From a virus (lineage: Duplodnaviria > Caudoviricetes), in IMG/VR virus record IMGVR_UViG_3300025635_000146, positions 1 to 24,921 of that record: a stretch of 24,921 nt of DNA; one strand, 5' to 3'. The position numbers were made by a program, and so were the translations under genes. Positions 13,172 through 23,277 of the stretch are shown in pieces. How positions within the stretch are numbered: position 1 is the first letter of the stretch; every line of letters starts with the position of its first letter. The notes under the pieces were generated by a model, which was not told the DNA's origin, did not search any database, and was given only the letters and a program-made list of their open reading frames with translations.

Positions 13172-14161
13172 TTAAGGCATTGGGTTGCCCATAGGGTCTA
13201 CGTTTGTCAACATCCGTTGAGCCTCAGGGCCAGAGATTCCGCGGGAGCGCATCTTGTCTAGCAGGTACAGGGTTAGGGGGGAGCCAACGCTCATGGCAGT
13301 TCCCAAAAGTTGACCACCCGGAATCATTGCTGCGCCACCTCCAATCGCGCCCATACCGGCGATTGAGGCTCCAACAGGGTCACCTTGATCCATCCGACGC
13401 ATGGCTTCCATGCCGGACTCGGCCATTCCCAACCCTCCAAGAGCGCCCACGGTTTTGGGCATAGAGGACATGAACTGACTGGCTCTCTGCAATCCGGATG
13501 GCTCCATCACAGGAGGCTTTGCAAACCGAAACTCAGGTTGAATGCCGCCAATCTTGGCGCCTTTGCGAAGTCCTTGCTCAAACTCGTGAGCCTGTTTGTA
13601 AGTCTGACCTCCGCGCTGACCATATCCCATCTGCTCGGTCCATCCCGCCACCCCTCGAGTAGGTTGAGGCATCTGAACGCCGGGGGCAGCGCCAAGGCTT
13701 TGCATTACCTGAGCACCGCCTGCACCACCCGCAGCAGCAGCAAGATCAATTATGGCTCGAGTCGGATCGACGCTTTGCGTCATCTCACGAGCCTTTGTGG
13801 CCAGTGTCTGAGCCGGAGAGACGGGAGGGGGTTTGGGGGGCTCTGTGGTGCCGCCAGAAATAGGACTGTTGCGAATTTCTCTTAAAACTGCATCCAAGTC
13901 GCCTTGAGCGCGACGAATAGCCTGCATATCGCCAGAGTCGTTGGCACGTTTGAGTACTCGAACGGCCCTTTCTTGCTCGGCACGCAAAATCCTCATGCGG
14001 CCCTCTTCATCCATGACGGCTTTAGGGCGTTCAGGAGCGGGTTTCTTGTAGAACTCTGCGGAAGCAATCGCCTCAATCTGGGCATCGGTTGCATCTTCCG
14101 GGGCAGTGACCATGATCACCCGCCCATCTGGGCCTTCAACCTTGAATTTTTTGTCAGCCAC
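13172..14161 (-). CDS. Putative internal virion/DNA-ejection protein (329 aa)
   Basis: N-terminal FKVEGPDG......APEDAT motif; Gly/Ala-rich hydrophobic C-terminus; last gene of the structural operon. Confidence 0.6.
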   Translation of the reverse strand: MADKKFKVEGPDGRVIMVTAPEDATDAQIEAIASAEFYKKPAPERPKAVMDEEGRMRILRAEQERAVRVLKRANDSGDMQAIRRAQGDLDAVLREIRNSPISGGTTEPPKPPPVSPAQTLATKAREMTQSVDPTRAIIDLAAAAGGAGGAQVMQSLGAAPGVQMPQPTRGVAGWTEQMGYGQRGGQTYKQAHEFEQGLRKGAKIGGIQPEFRFAKPPVMEPSGLQRASQFMSSMPKTVGALGGLGMAESGMEAMRRMDQGDPVGASIAGMGAIGGGAAMIPGGQLLGTAMSVGSPLTLYLLDKMRSRGISGPEAQRMLTNVDPMGNPMP

Positions 14162-14164
14162 GAG

Positions 14165-15589
14165 TTACCTCACGACGGTGAAAGGCTTCTTGCCGGGATA
14201 GACGATGTTGGTCACACGCTTTTGATAGTCAGAGAAGATCTTCTGGAACTCAGGCGTGTCCTCAAAGTCTTCGTACTGCATCTTGCTCTTACGCAAAGCG
14301 GAAGACAGTTCATGCTCAAACTTGGCTTTCTCGCGCATGAAGTTCAACTTCTTTCCAAACGCCCGCAGGGTATCCGTCATATTTGGGCCCATGGCATTGA
14401 CCATCTGCTGCTCAAAGTTTGATACAGAGGTTCCAGATCCAAGACCCTTGCGCTGCTCAAACTGCGTCATAGCCAAGAGTTGGCCAAGTTCCGCCGCAGC
14501 ATCAATCACATCTTGCGAGGCGCCAGTTTGGGCCACCAGTTTGCGAACCGCAGGAATGCCAACAGAAAAGTTGCCGACTCGAAGAGCCTCTTCCACCAGA
14601 CTTCCAAGTCCAGAGACAACATCTCCGCGCTCAAGAACACCAAGCACTTGATCGATGCCGGGGGTGCGAAGAATAGACTCCATCCGATCGTAAGTAGGAA
14701 TCAGACTAAGAGCCGCCTTACCGGCCTCTCGCACTTGAGTCGTTTGGCCTGCACGAGACTTACCCGCGGCTTCCGCCTCCGCCTCTCGTTGCTTTTGAGC
14801 GGCAGCCGATTCACCAACCGTTGGGCGCCCCGGAGCCTGTTCTGTGGGCTTTGCAACCCCGCCGGGACGACGGAACTTGTCCATCCACTCAGCGCCCTTG
14901 CCTTCCGCTTCGGCCTTCTCGTACTGAGAGTATTGCCAAGGCGTCATCATGTACTTGCCGTAAGGAGTGGTGAACTCCTCCTGCTTCTGACCGGGGATCG
15001 GTAGATCCAGATACTGCTGCGTGTCGCTGTCAAACACGATGCCGTTCATGGAGATCTTGAATCGATCGCGCTGAGACTTCACCATGTCGGAAAGGATTTT
15101 TGCCTTTCCCTCCATCCCGGGCATGGCAGCAAGACGAGCAATATCAGACTCATTCAGCGGTCGCATACCTTGTTGAGGGGCGGTTCCGGTGGTGGCATCG
15201 GGTGCTGCCTTGGCGGCGCCAGACGGCGAGACACCGCCGATAAGACGATTGAATTCGCGCTCTCCGCGGGCGGCTTGAGCCTCACCCGCTTCCATCTGAG
15301 CCAACTCCATCCGCATCTGGGCGTTCTCAATGGCCCTCTTGTTTTGAGCCTCTTGAGCAGGGCCAACCGTCGCCGCAACATTGCCCAAAGATTCGCCGAA
15401 GCCGCCCGTCTTGGTAGGCGCCAAAAATCCCTGCGCCATCGCCAAGAGAACTGGATCGAACAGTTGTTGCTCTCGAGAGGCCAAAGCCGCCTCAAGAGCC
15501 TTACGGCTTTGAATGACCTTGTCGATCGTCGCCTGCTCCTCCGGAGACTCGGCAAGCAGAGACAGAGGAGTACGTTGAGCGGTTGCCAT
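14165..15589 (-). CDS. Putative DNA-ejection/transfer protein (474 aa)
   Basis: Ala/Gln-rich helical protein; LAMAQGFLAPTKTGGFGESLG and G.VSNFE motifs; located after the tail genes. Confidence 0.6.
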   Translation of the reverse strand: MATAQRTPLSLLAESPEEQATIDKVIQSRKALEAALASREQQLFDPVLLAMAQGFLAPTKTGGFGESLGNVAATVGPAQEAQNKRAIENAQMRMELAQMEAGEAQAARGEREFNRLIGGVSPSGAAKAAPDATTGTAPQQGMRPLNESDIARLAAMPGMEGKAKILSDMVKSQRDRFKISMNGIVFDSDTQQYLDLPIPGQKQEEFTTPYGKYMMTPWQYSQYEKAEAEGKGAEWMDKFRRPGGVAKPTEQAPGRPTVGESAAAQKQREAEAEAAGKSRAGQTTQVREAGKAALSLIPTYDRMESILRTPGIDQVLGVLERGDVVSGLGSLVEEALRVGNFSVGIPAVRKLVAQTGASQDVIDAAAELGQLLAMTQFEQRKGLGSGTSVSNFEQQMVNAMGPNMTDTLRAFGKKLNFMREKAKFEHELSSALRKSKMQYEDFEDTPEFQKIFSDYQKRVTNIVYPGKKPFTVVR

Positions 15590-15610
15590 GGCTAGTTATC
15601 TCCCGACTGG

Positions 15611-16591
15611 TCAGATTTCAATGCCATCGGTGCCACCAATGCCGGTGAAGATTGGATTAATTCCCTTCACGGTGTCGCCGGTTTGGGTAAATAGATCTTT
15701 AAGACCTCCCAAGGCTTTCCACCCAATGCCAGTTTGAATGGGTTGACCAGTCTTCGGATCAATTGCGTTACCGAACATAGAGCCGATCAGGCTTCCAAGG
15801 CCCGCAACTTGAGACAGCGGAGATGGTCCATAAGAGGACGCCGGTCCAACGTACTTCTCAGTCGTCGTGGTCGGGTAGGTATATCCACGCAGGATCTGAG
15901 CGATGTTCTGAGCCCGGACGGTCGGGGCTTCGATCTTGGCTTGCTCGTAGGCCTGCTGCGTTGCACCGAGATCTGCAAGAGCCTTGAGGCCAGAAGTTGC
16001 CGCAGTCTCAGATCCCGTTCCAATGCCGGAAAGAGCGCTTGCTGCAGCCTGCTGCGTCTGCTTTTGCTTCATGGCCGCATCCAGAGCGCTCTGGTAGCCT
16101 GCAGCACGGTACTTGGACTGCTGACCTAGAAGATCGGCCTGAACGTCGCCCAGAGCCTGTCCAATGGCCCCTGCGTAGCGTTGGCTGCCGAATGCTCCAG
16201 TTCCGCCGAAGGCAGACCGCAGTTGAGGCAGCATACTGCGCTGCACGTTTTGGGCACTCTGGCGCTGCATCTCATCGACTACAGCCCGCTCATAGGGGTT
16301 GTAGAAGGCAGAGATGTCCTGCTGTGTGACCGGAGCGGCTGCACCTTGACCCGCCTGCAGGGCTGCAGTCATGGCCGGTTGGTAGGCCGTGGCCACCCCC
16401 GGAGCGATCTGATACGCCTGCTGCTGCAAGGCAGAAGGAGCAGCAACCAGATCCGAACCAGTCAAACCCAGTTGGGCTTGGCCGGTCTGGGCCAGTTGAG
16501 TCAGATAGTCAGTAAGGTACTGTGGAGCAGTCGCCGCTGTAGTCCGGGTGGTTTCTACATTCGGCGGTGCGGTGCCTTCGAAAAGTGACAT
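15611..16591 (-). CDS. Putative pilot/DNA-transfer protein (P22 gp7/gp20-like), 326 aa
   Basis: NPY...V.D, GAFGSQR, Gln/Ala-rich helices, SPLSQVAGLG; AAGGAG RBS. Confidence 0.65.
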   Translation of the reverse strand: MSLFEGTAPPNVETTRTTAATAPQYLTDYLTQLAQTGQAQLGLTGSDLVAAPSALQQQAYQIAPGVATAYQPAMTAALQAGQGAAAPVTQQDISAFYNPYERAVVDEMQRQSAQNVQRSMLPQLRSAFGGTGAFGSQRYAGAIGQALGDVQADLLGQQSKYRAAGYQSALDAAMKQKQTQQAAASALSGIGTGSETAATSGLKALADLGATQQAYEQAKIEAPTVRAQNIAQILRGYTYPTTTTEKYVGPASSYGPSPLSQVAGLGSLIGSMFGNAIDPKTGQPIQTGIGWKALGGLKDLFTQTGDTVKGINPIFTGIGGTDGIEI

Positions 16592-16601
16592 GATCGCTCC
16601 T

Positions 16602-19600
16602 TTACCGCTTCGATTTTAGGTAGTCAAGGGGAGATTTCAAAGCGGGTGGAGGAAGATCTTTTGGACCTTTCGACCGCGCCCTGTCCCGGATGCTGTGCAT
16701 CATCTCGTACAACTTGTCAGTTCCGGCCTTGGTAGAGCCGTTTCCAAGGGCAGAAACTACGTCCGCCGGGAAGACAAACTCCCCGTCTGCAAGCCACGCC
16801 GGGATGTCGTCAGACTGCCCGTCACCCTCTCCGGCGACGTGCTTGCCGTGCTTAAAGTCCTCTCGGCCACCGCGGTGCGTCGGAAGTCCGCCTTCCTTGG
16901 CCAAGAGGGGTAAGGCCATCCCGCCCTCTTTTGCCATCAGGGGTTGGACGTACCCGCCCTTGGCATAGTTGGCAGCCTGACCACCAAGGATGTCGTCGAT
17001 CGAGTCTTCCTGCCCGTAGGTGTAGTGAGGCTGATTGACGGCCTGCCCAAGAGCCCCTTCTTCTTGGCCTGCTCGTTGGGACAGGATCTGCATCAGACGA
17101 GGGTCAATGTTCTGCATCATGGCTTCTCTTTCAAACTGTTCTTGTGCCTGACGGAATTGGGCAAGAGGATCAACATAGCCTTGGGTGACCTTGGACTCTA
17201 GGAATTGAGGTGCAAGACGCCCCAGTTCTCCGCCTCCGATAAAAGCAGGCAAAGAAGCAGCCGCAACGGATGGGAACGATACGCTTGTCTTCGGGGGCGT
17301 AGTTACCGGATTGACTGGGTTGACGGTAGAGATAGGCGAAACAGGGTCCACCGTTTTGACGGGCGGAACGGGATCAATCGGAGTGACCGGCGGCAAAGGT
17401 TTGACCGGCGGAACAGGCTTGACCGGGTCAACAGGCGGAGAGTCAACGACGATTTGCGTACCTGTTGTCAGATCCGTCACTACGCTATTGGTGACCCCGG
17501 TATTCGAGTCAGTCGTCGTCGTGACAGAGATGTTGTCGTCGGTCGTGGTTTGAGTCGTAACACCAGTCGTCGTGTTGGTCTCGGTGGTTGTCGTGACGCC
17601 AGTATTGGTGTTGGTGGACGTGGACGTTGTGACACCAGTGCTGACATCAGTCTTTGTCTCAGTCGTGACGTTGGTATTCGTATCCGTCGTCGTCTGAGTC
17701 GTGACGTTCGTGTTGGTGTCGGTTGTCGTCTGAGTTGTTACACCAGTATTGGTATCTGTCTGAGTCTGAGTCGTAACACCCGCGTTCGTGTCCGTCTGAG
17801 TCTCAGTCGTTGTCCCAGTGTTGGTGTCGGTTTGAGTCTGAGTCGTGACGCCAGTGTTGGTGTCCGTATTGGTCGTTGTTGAGACGCCCGTATTCGTATC
17901 GGTGGAGGTTTGAGTCGTAACACCCGTATTGGTATCCGTCTGCGTCTCCGTCGTCACCCCGGAGTTGGTCGAAGTCTGAGTCGTAACTCCGGTATTGGTG
18001 TTGGTGGACGTTTGAGTCGTCGTTCCGGTATTGGTATCAGTCGTCGTGGACGTTGTCGTGTTCGCGTCCGTCGTCGTCTCGGTTGTGACTCCAGTGTTGT
18101 TGTTCGTGGAAGTCTGCGTCGTGACGTTCGTGTTCGTATCCGTCTGCGTAGTCGTAGACGTATTGGTGTTGGAGTCAGTAGCCGTTTGAGTGTTGACCCC
18201 AGTGTTTGCGTTGCTGTTGGTCTGAGTGGTGACGTTGTTGTTCGTCTGAGTCTGACTGGTGGTCCCGGTAGTGGTGTCGGTCTGAGTCTGAACCTGAGTA
18301 CCAGTGTTGTTGTTGGTTTGAGTCTGCGTGTTGACGCCGCCACTGGAGTCGGTTTGCGTAGTCGTGCCGCTCTTGGTATCGGTAGCCGTCTGAGTCGTTG
18401 CGCCAGTGTTCTGGTTCGTGGTCGTGGACTGAGACACCCCAGTGTTCGCATCAGACGAAGACTGAGTAGTCGTTCCCGTATTTGCGTTCGTAGAGGTGGA
18501 CTGGCTGACTCCGGTGTTGTTGTCCACCGTAGAGTTGGTCGTCACGCCGCCTTGAGTCTGGGTGCTTGTGACAACCCCGCCAGACACGGATACGTTAGCG
18601 CCTGCAGCGTTGGCCGCATTGACAGCAGCGTTGGTGGCTGCGTTCGTATCAGCGCCGGAGTTTGCCGCGGCGTTTGTCGCAGCACTGACCACAGAGGCGG
18701 CATCCGCTCCAGAATCAACAGCCGTCGTGACGTTGTTTGTCAGGTTGCCACTGGAGATGTCGTCGTTCGTAACGGAGATTTCTGTCGTCTGACCAGAAGC
18801 ATTCGTGACCGTTGCCGTTCCGCCGGAGACGGAAGTGGTCGTGCCAGAAGCGTTGCCTGCGCCTGTTCCGGTTGCGGCCGCCGCGTCAGTTCCGCCGGAA
18901 ACTGCTGCACCCAAGTTGGCCGCACCGGCAACCGCTCCAGTTGTTCCGGGGCCAACAAGTCCACCGATGATTGCTTGGTTTTGGATAGAGCCAACATCAA
19001 GGCCAGTACCCGCACGTTGAGTTGCAAGTTGAGTAAGTGTTTCTTGGGCTCCGCTTGCAAGCGCTTCAGATGGAGACTCAGTAACCGTTGTACGCAGGAA
19101 CTTCGTCGGAATGCCTTTGGTCGCAGCAGCAACAATTGGCCCCTCGCCGATAACAGACGCCCCAATCTCGGCGACTGCAGCACCAATACCGGCCAAGTTT
19201 GCGTTGGTGTTGGCCTGTGCTTCGCTAAAACCCATGGCAAGGAGGCGATCCTTGACATCACGGTAAGTGGCGGCATAAGCCTCCGCACCGTCAAGACCTG
19301 CGTTAACGCTAACCGCAGAACTCATGCCGATCTTCTCGGCAATCTTCTCAGAGAAGGCCAGTTTGGCGGCGTTGTTGACAAACTTACCCGCAGCAACAGA
19401 TCCCCCAACGGGAAGAAGTTCTTGCCACAACTCAGTTCCAACCCAATCACCAAAGGCCGCTCCGATCGCGCCGGGATTGGACTTCGCCAACTCCCACAGG
19501 GCAATCAACTTATTTGCGCCGCCCTCTGTGTTGGTCAAAGTGTCAGCAACGCTCTTTTGGCCTTGACGAACAATGTCAGGTGTCATGGCCTGACCACTGA

Positions 19601-22600
19601 GATTCATCTCTCCGCCGATCTCACGCAGCCTGTCGGAGTTGATGATGTCGCCAACGTAACCAATCTGCTCGCCAAAACCCTTCTTCGCCGTAGCGACGAT
19701 GCCTCGAGCCAAAGTGCTGCTTGGAGAGTAGGGATCAGCAACAGCGCCGTAGATCTGACCCGTCAAGGGATCAGACATCTCGATGTCGCCCTCTTTGAGG
19801 CGGCCTTCCTTGATGTCAAGGGCAATCTGCTCGGCAGCGGTCAGACGCTGTGCAGAGGCGCCGGATGACTGCGTAACGTAGACAGGGATACCGTTTGCGT
19901 CATAAGCAACGGTGGCGGTGTTGCGCTCGTTGGGGCCTGCAATACGGTAGCCCTCAGGCGGAACGTAATCACGGTCCACTGACGTGATGTCTCTGGGCCT
20001 GTAGAAGCCATACTCACCGGCACCAAGGTTTTGGCCTGACTTGCCAAACTGGCCGGAGTCGATCAGTGCTCGGAGTTGATCTTCCTTGCCCGCCAAGACA
20101 AACGAAGCGGCAGCGTTCAGATCTGCCTGATCAATCCAAGACAAGTCATTCCCAAACTTCTCCTTCAGGATTTTGGCGGCTTGGATACCAAAGTTCGTGC
20201 CGATGGCCACGTTCTTGGAGAAGCCCTTGGATGCCTCTTGTGCGGCGGTCTGATCAACCGGCTTGCCAGAAATGTCTTGCGTCTGTCCTGCAGCAGCAAG
20301 AACATCTTGAACAGATGCGCCAAGGGTGTAGCGGTTGCCACCATAGGTGAACATCCCATAGCCTTGAGACTTCGCCAGAGCAGCAGCCTCTTCAGGAGTG
20401 GCCGCTTGATCTGCCTTAATGTTCAAGGTCATGCGGGCAGCAGCATCCTTCTGCGCTTGAGTCAGGTCGCCCCATTCCTCGTCAAGAATCTCAATCGATG
20501 GGATGGCGCCTTGAATGATCGGAAGTCCGGTTGCTTGTGCTGTAGCCCTATCGATCGCATCTCCACCGGTTACCGCCCGAGCAGCAGATGCGGCATCTTC
20601 ATCAGTCGCTCCGGCACGCTTGGCCGCAGCAAATGCTGCAGCAGCAGGGTCAGAACTCTGAGACGAAGAAGACATCGCCGATCCAAACTGTTGAACGGCG
20701 TTGGAGATGGCGTTGACGTTCCCAGACTGAAGGGCCTGAGCCAACGAAAGAGCACGACCGGCAATGACCGTGTTTTGGCTGTTTGTCAGTTGTCCAAGGG
20801 ATGCTAGGGCTTGACCGTACTGGCCGTTCTGCACCGCCATGAGGGCAGAAGCACCCTTGGCAGCATCTCCGAACGTAAATCCAGTGTCGCCAATCTGTGT
20901 ACCCGCAACATCAGCACCCAGTTGAGAGCCACCCATTGCAGACAAAGCACCGGCCCAGTCTCCGGTCTTCAGAGCGTTGGCGACGTTTGCGCCAGTTGCG
21001 ATGTTTTGGAAGGTGCTTTGAGCAATCCCGCCGAGCGTTCCGCCGGGAGTCGTCATCGTCCCGGTGCCAAAGTCGTATCCACCTGCCAGTCCACCAAGAC
21101 CGCCCGCACCAGATGCAATAGCCCCAAGGTAGTTTCCTTGGCCCGCTTGGAAAGCAGCATTGGCAAGCATCCCCCACGGGCCAAGAGCGGGAGCGATCAT
21201 GGAGAACACCGGAGCCAGTGTTCCCTTCCACTCCTCTGAGTAGTCAAATCCTCTAGGCTGACCGATTAGTTTTCCCGCTTGATCGTATTGGTAGGCAACA
21301 CCACTGTCGCTGCCTGTGAAGTACCGGACCTCGCTGCCGGTGATGTTTCCGGCGTCGTCGTAGGTGTACTTGGTCTGCAGGGGCAGTCCGCGGTCATTGG
21401 TGCTCTGGGTAGACGCCTCAAAGCCGCCGCCCTGTCGATTGCCGGAGAAGTCGTAAGAGATCGGCATCGACCGCAGGGTGTAGTTGCCAACCTGCACGCC
21501 GGGATCATTGAAGGACGACCCTTCGCCCATCAGGTACGCCTGAGCGTAGTTGTTCTTCAGTTGCTCCCCGATGTTGGGGTCGGCGCTCAAAACACTCGAC
21601 AGCAGATTCTGCGGGCTTGCGGATGCGGCCTGCTGAAGAGCGCCCGCTGCAGGACTAGGAGCAGCACTGGGAGCAGGGCTTGGAGCCGCCGTAGGCAAGC
21701 CACCGGTCTCACCTATCGTTGTGCCAGTGCCCGAGATGGTGCGCTTCTCTGGCTTTTGATAGTCGTTCCCAAGCGTCGTCCACTCAGAAGTGGAGCCAAG
21801 AAGTTGTTTGGCTTCTTCTGAACCCGCCGGGAACCAGTCCTCAAGGCCAAAGTTGACAAACTCGCTGACTCCCGGAAGACCAAGCAATTGTTGATTGTAG
21901 GAACGAGCGGCGTCCTCTTCGCCTTTTTTTGCAAATCCTTGCGTGACAAGTTTCACCTCTTTCCCAAGTGCATTGACTTGAGGGATGAAGTTTTTTGTCC
22001 AATCAAAAAGTTGATCAGCAGGAACGCCCCATCCAAGGTATGGATCAAGAGCAACAAAATCCGCTCCAGAGTTTTTGATCTCATTGAGCAGTTGATCATT
22101 TGTTGCCTTGCCTTGGAAAACCGCGTAAGGCGTGATGACAACCCCCGCACGCTGTCCTTGCGACTGAGTGTCCTTGACTTTATTTGCCAAGGCGGTTCCC
22201 GTGGGACTGTTGGGATTCCAAAACAGTTCATCTGAGACAATGGCGTCGTTTCCGCGTTGGAAGATATTTCCGGAAGACTTGATCATCCCCGTATTGGGGT
22301 CATTAACAGCGTTAGAGCCAGTCGTCCAACTTCCCGCATCACCAAAGTTGCTCAGTTCAGGCCCGCTGCCCGTCTGATGAAACAGGTCGGACACATTGAA
22401 GTTGGTTCCGAGAGCCTGATTCCACAGATTGACAGCCTCTTGCGGCCTCATGCCCTGCTGAGTTACCCAATCAAGGCCACGCTGAGTGGCTTGAGCATCA
22501 TCTGCTCCGCCCGCATAGATGTACTGCTTAAACCACTCAGGAGTTCCTGCTGCGGTCGCAGGAGGCTGCCCCAACAGTTCCTCTTGGGTGGTAAACGTCC

Positions 22601-23030
22601 GCCCTTGGCGGGCCATCTCCAACTGCTCTGGAGTCAAGACGCCAGATTGAGAAGCCCAATCCTGTACTTCTTTGAGGTCAAACGGCGATGCGCCTTGCAA
22701 TCCGCCCTGTTCAGAGCCGTAACGCAGAAGGTTGTAGACGCTCAGTGGCGACTGTCCGCCGTAGGTCTGTGCAATCTTGGTGTAGTCGGGAGCAGGAGGG
22801 GTTGAAGGCAGCCCCGATGGAGGCTGCATGGCCTGATACTCAGGAGAGGCCACGAACTGCTGACGAACCATCTCGGGCGTGTAGCCCTGAGTGTTCATGG
22901 CGTTGAGCCAATACTGGTAGCCGCCCGGATCAGGAGCCCTCTTGAAGACATCCTGATACAGGCCGGTCAGCGCCGACTCGTTGTCTGTTCCAACCGTAGA
23001 ACCTTGCGCCGAAGTGTCGGGGAGTGCCAT
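16602..23030 (-). CDS. Giant mosaic virion-associated protein (2142 aa): DUF4214-like N-terminus, GH-like barrel segment, YD-like hairpins, Thr-rich repeats, conserved GDGxSDxIPAxLxDGEFV C-terminus
   Basis: Single uninterrupted ORF within the late operon; motifs identified by eye. Confidence 0.8.
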   Translation of the reverse strand: MALPDTSAQGSTVGTDNESALTGLYQDVFKRAPDPGGYQYWLNAMNTQGYTPEMVRQQFVASPEYQAMQPPSGLPSTPPAPDYTKIAQTYGGQSPLSVYNLLRYGSEQGGLQGASPFDLKEVQDWASQSGVLTPEQLEMARQGRTFTTQEELLGQPPATAAGTPEWFKQYIYAGGADDAQATQRGLDWVTQQGMRPQEAVNLWNQALGTNFNVSDLFHQTGSGPELSNFGDAGSWTTGSNAVNDPNTGMIKSSGNIFQRGNDAIVSDELFWNPNSPTGTALANKVKDTQSQGQRAGVVITPYAVFQGKATNDQLLNEIKNSGADFVALDPYLGWGVPADQLFDWTKNFIPQVNALGKEVKLVTQGFAKKGEEDAARSYNQQLLGLPGVSEFVNFGLEDWFPAGSEEAKQLLGSTSEWTTLGNDYQKPEKRTISGTGTTIGETGGLPTAAPSPAPSAAPSPAAGALQQAASASPQNLLSSVLSADPNIGEQLKNNYAQAYLMGEGSSFNDPGVQVGNYTLRSMPISYDFSGNRQGGGFEASTQSTNDRGLPLQTKYTYDDAGNITGSEVRYFTGSDSGVAYQYDQAGKLIGQPRGFDYSEEWKGTLAPVFSMIAPALGPWGMLANAAFQAGQGNYLGAIASGAGGLGGLAGGYDFGTGTMTTPGGTLGGIAQSTFQNIATGANVANALKTGDWAGALSAMGGSQLGADVAGTQIGDTGFTFGDAAKGASALMAVQNGQYGQALASLGQLTNSQNTVIAGRALSLAQALQSGNVNAISNAVQQFGSAMSSSSQSSDPAAAAFAAAKRAGATDEDAASAARAVTGGDAIDRATAQATGLPIIQGAIPSIEILDEEWGDLTQAQKDAAARMTLNIKADQAATPEEAAALAKSQGYGMFTYGGNRYTLGASVQDVLAAAGQTQDISGKPVDQTAAQEASKGFSKNVAIGTNFGIQAAKILKEKFGNDLSWIDQADLNAAASFVLAGKEDQLRALIDSGQFGKSGQNLGAGEYGFYRPRDITSVDRDYVPPEGYRIAGPNERNTATVAYDANGIPVYVTQSSGASAQRLTAAEQIALDIKEGRLKEGDIEMSDPLTGQIYGAVADPYSPSSTLARGIVATAKKGFGEQIGYVGDIINSDRLREIGGEMNLSGQAMTPDIVRQGQKSVADTLTNTEGGANKLIALWELAKSNPGAIGAAFGDWVGTELWQELLPVGGSVAAGKFVNNAAKLAFSEKIAEKIGMSSAVSVNAGLDGAEAYAATYRDVKDRLLAMGFSEAQANTNANLAGIGAAVAEIGASVIGEGPIVAAATKGIPTKFLRTTVTESPSEALASGAQETLTQLATQRAGTGLDVGSIQNQAIIGGLVGPGTTGAVAGAANLGAAVSGGTDAAAATGTGAGNASGTTTSVSGGTATVTNASGQTTEISVTNDDISSGNLTNNVTTAVDSGADAASVVSAATNAAANSGADTNAATNAAVNAANAAGANVSVSGGVVTSTQTQGGVTTNSTVDNNTGVSQSTSTNANTGTTTQSSSDANTGVSQSTTTNQNTGATTQTATDTKSGTTTQTDSSGGVNTQTQTNNNTGTQVQTQTDTTTGTTSQTQTNNNVTTQTNSNANTGVNTQTATDSNTNTSTTTQTDTNTNVTTQTSTNNNTGVTTETTTDANTTTSTTTDTNTGTTTQTSTNTNTGVTTQTSTNSGVTTETQTDTNTGVTTQTSTDTNTGVSTTTNTDTNTGVTTQTQTDTNTGTTTETQTDTNAGVTTQTQTDTNTGVTTQTTTDTNTNVTTQTTTDTNTNVTTETKTDVSTGVTTSTSTNTNTGVTTTTETNTTTGVTTQTTTDDNISVTTTTDSNTGVTNSVVTDLTTGTQIVVDSPPVDPVKPVPPVKPLPPVTPIDPVPPVKTVDPVSPISTVNPVNPVTTPPKTSVSFPSVAAASLPAFIGGGELGRLAPQFLESKVTQGYVDPLAQFRQAQEQFEREAMMQNIDPRLMQILSQRAGQEEGALGQAVNQPHYTYGQEDSIDDILGGQAANYAKGGYVQPLMAKEGGMALPLLAKEGGLPTHRGGREDFKHGKHVAGEGDGQSDDIPAWLADGEFVFPADVVSALGNGSTKAGTDKLYEMMHSIRDRARSKGPKDLPPPALKSPLDYLKSKR
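17450..18560 (-). repeat. Coding tandem repeats, ~33-nt/11-aa unit (TDTNTGVTTQT)
   Basis: Many degenerate copies in the translation, with divergent synonymous codons. Confidence 0.9.
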
Positions 23031-23031
23031 A

Positions 23032-23277
23032 TCAAGTTCTCGGATTTACGATACCAACAACAGCCTGAGCCCAGTCTTGCCAGTCTTCAAAGGCATAAGG
23101 ACTGGGGATGCCTTCGTTTGTGAATACGTCGATCGCCACAAGCCCCGAGGCCCAAGACTTCCAGTCCAGTGAAGGAGAAGGAATCTGAAGGTTCTGGCCT
23201 GCGTAAAGTTCACACATGAGCGCCGCCCACGAGTTGAACGTGTGATACCGGGGGTCATAGACAAGTCCAACAGCCAT
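23032..23277 (-). CDS. Conserved Trp-rich small virion-module protein (81 aa)
   Basis: YDPR...F..WA.LMCELY...W..WA...P.PY.FEDWQDWA; TGATG coupling with the upstream gene. Confidence 0.8.
   Translation of the reverse strand: MAVGLVYDPRYHTFNSWAALMCELYAGQNLQIPSPSLDWKSWASGLVAIDVFTNEGIPSPYAFEDWQDWAQAVVGIVNPRT

Noticed and set aside
17205-19868. Long plus-strand ORFs (652 aa, 225 aa)
   Set aside because: Arg/Ser/Gly-rich antisense shadows of the repetitive, GC3-biased 2142-aa gene.
21270-21400. RHS/YD-repeat toxin
   Set aside because: Only two YD-like hairpins (YTYDDAGN, YQYDQAGK); no RHS core or DPxG cleavage motif.
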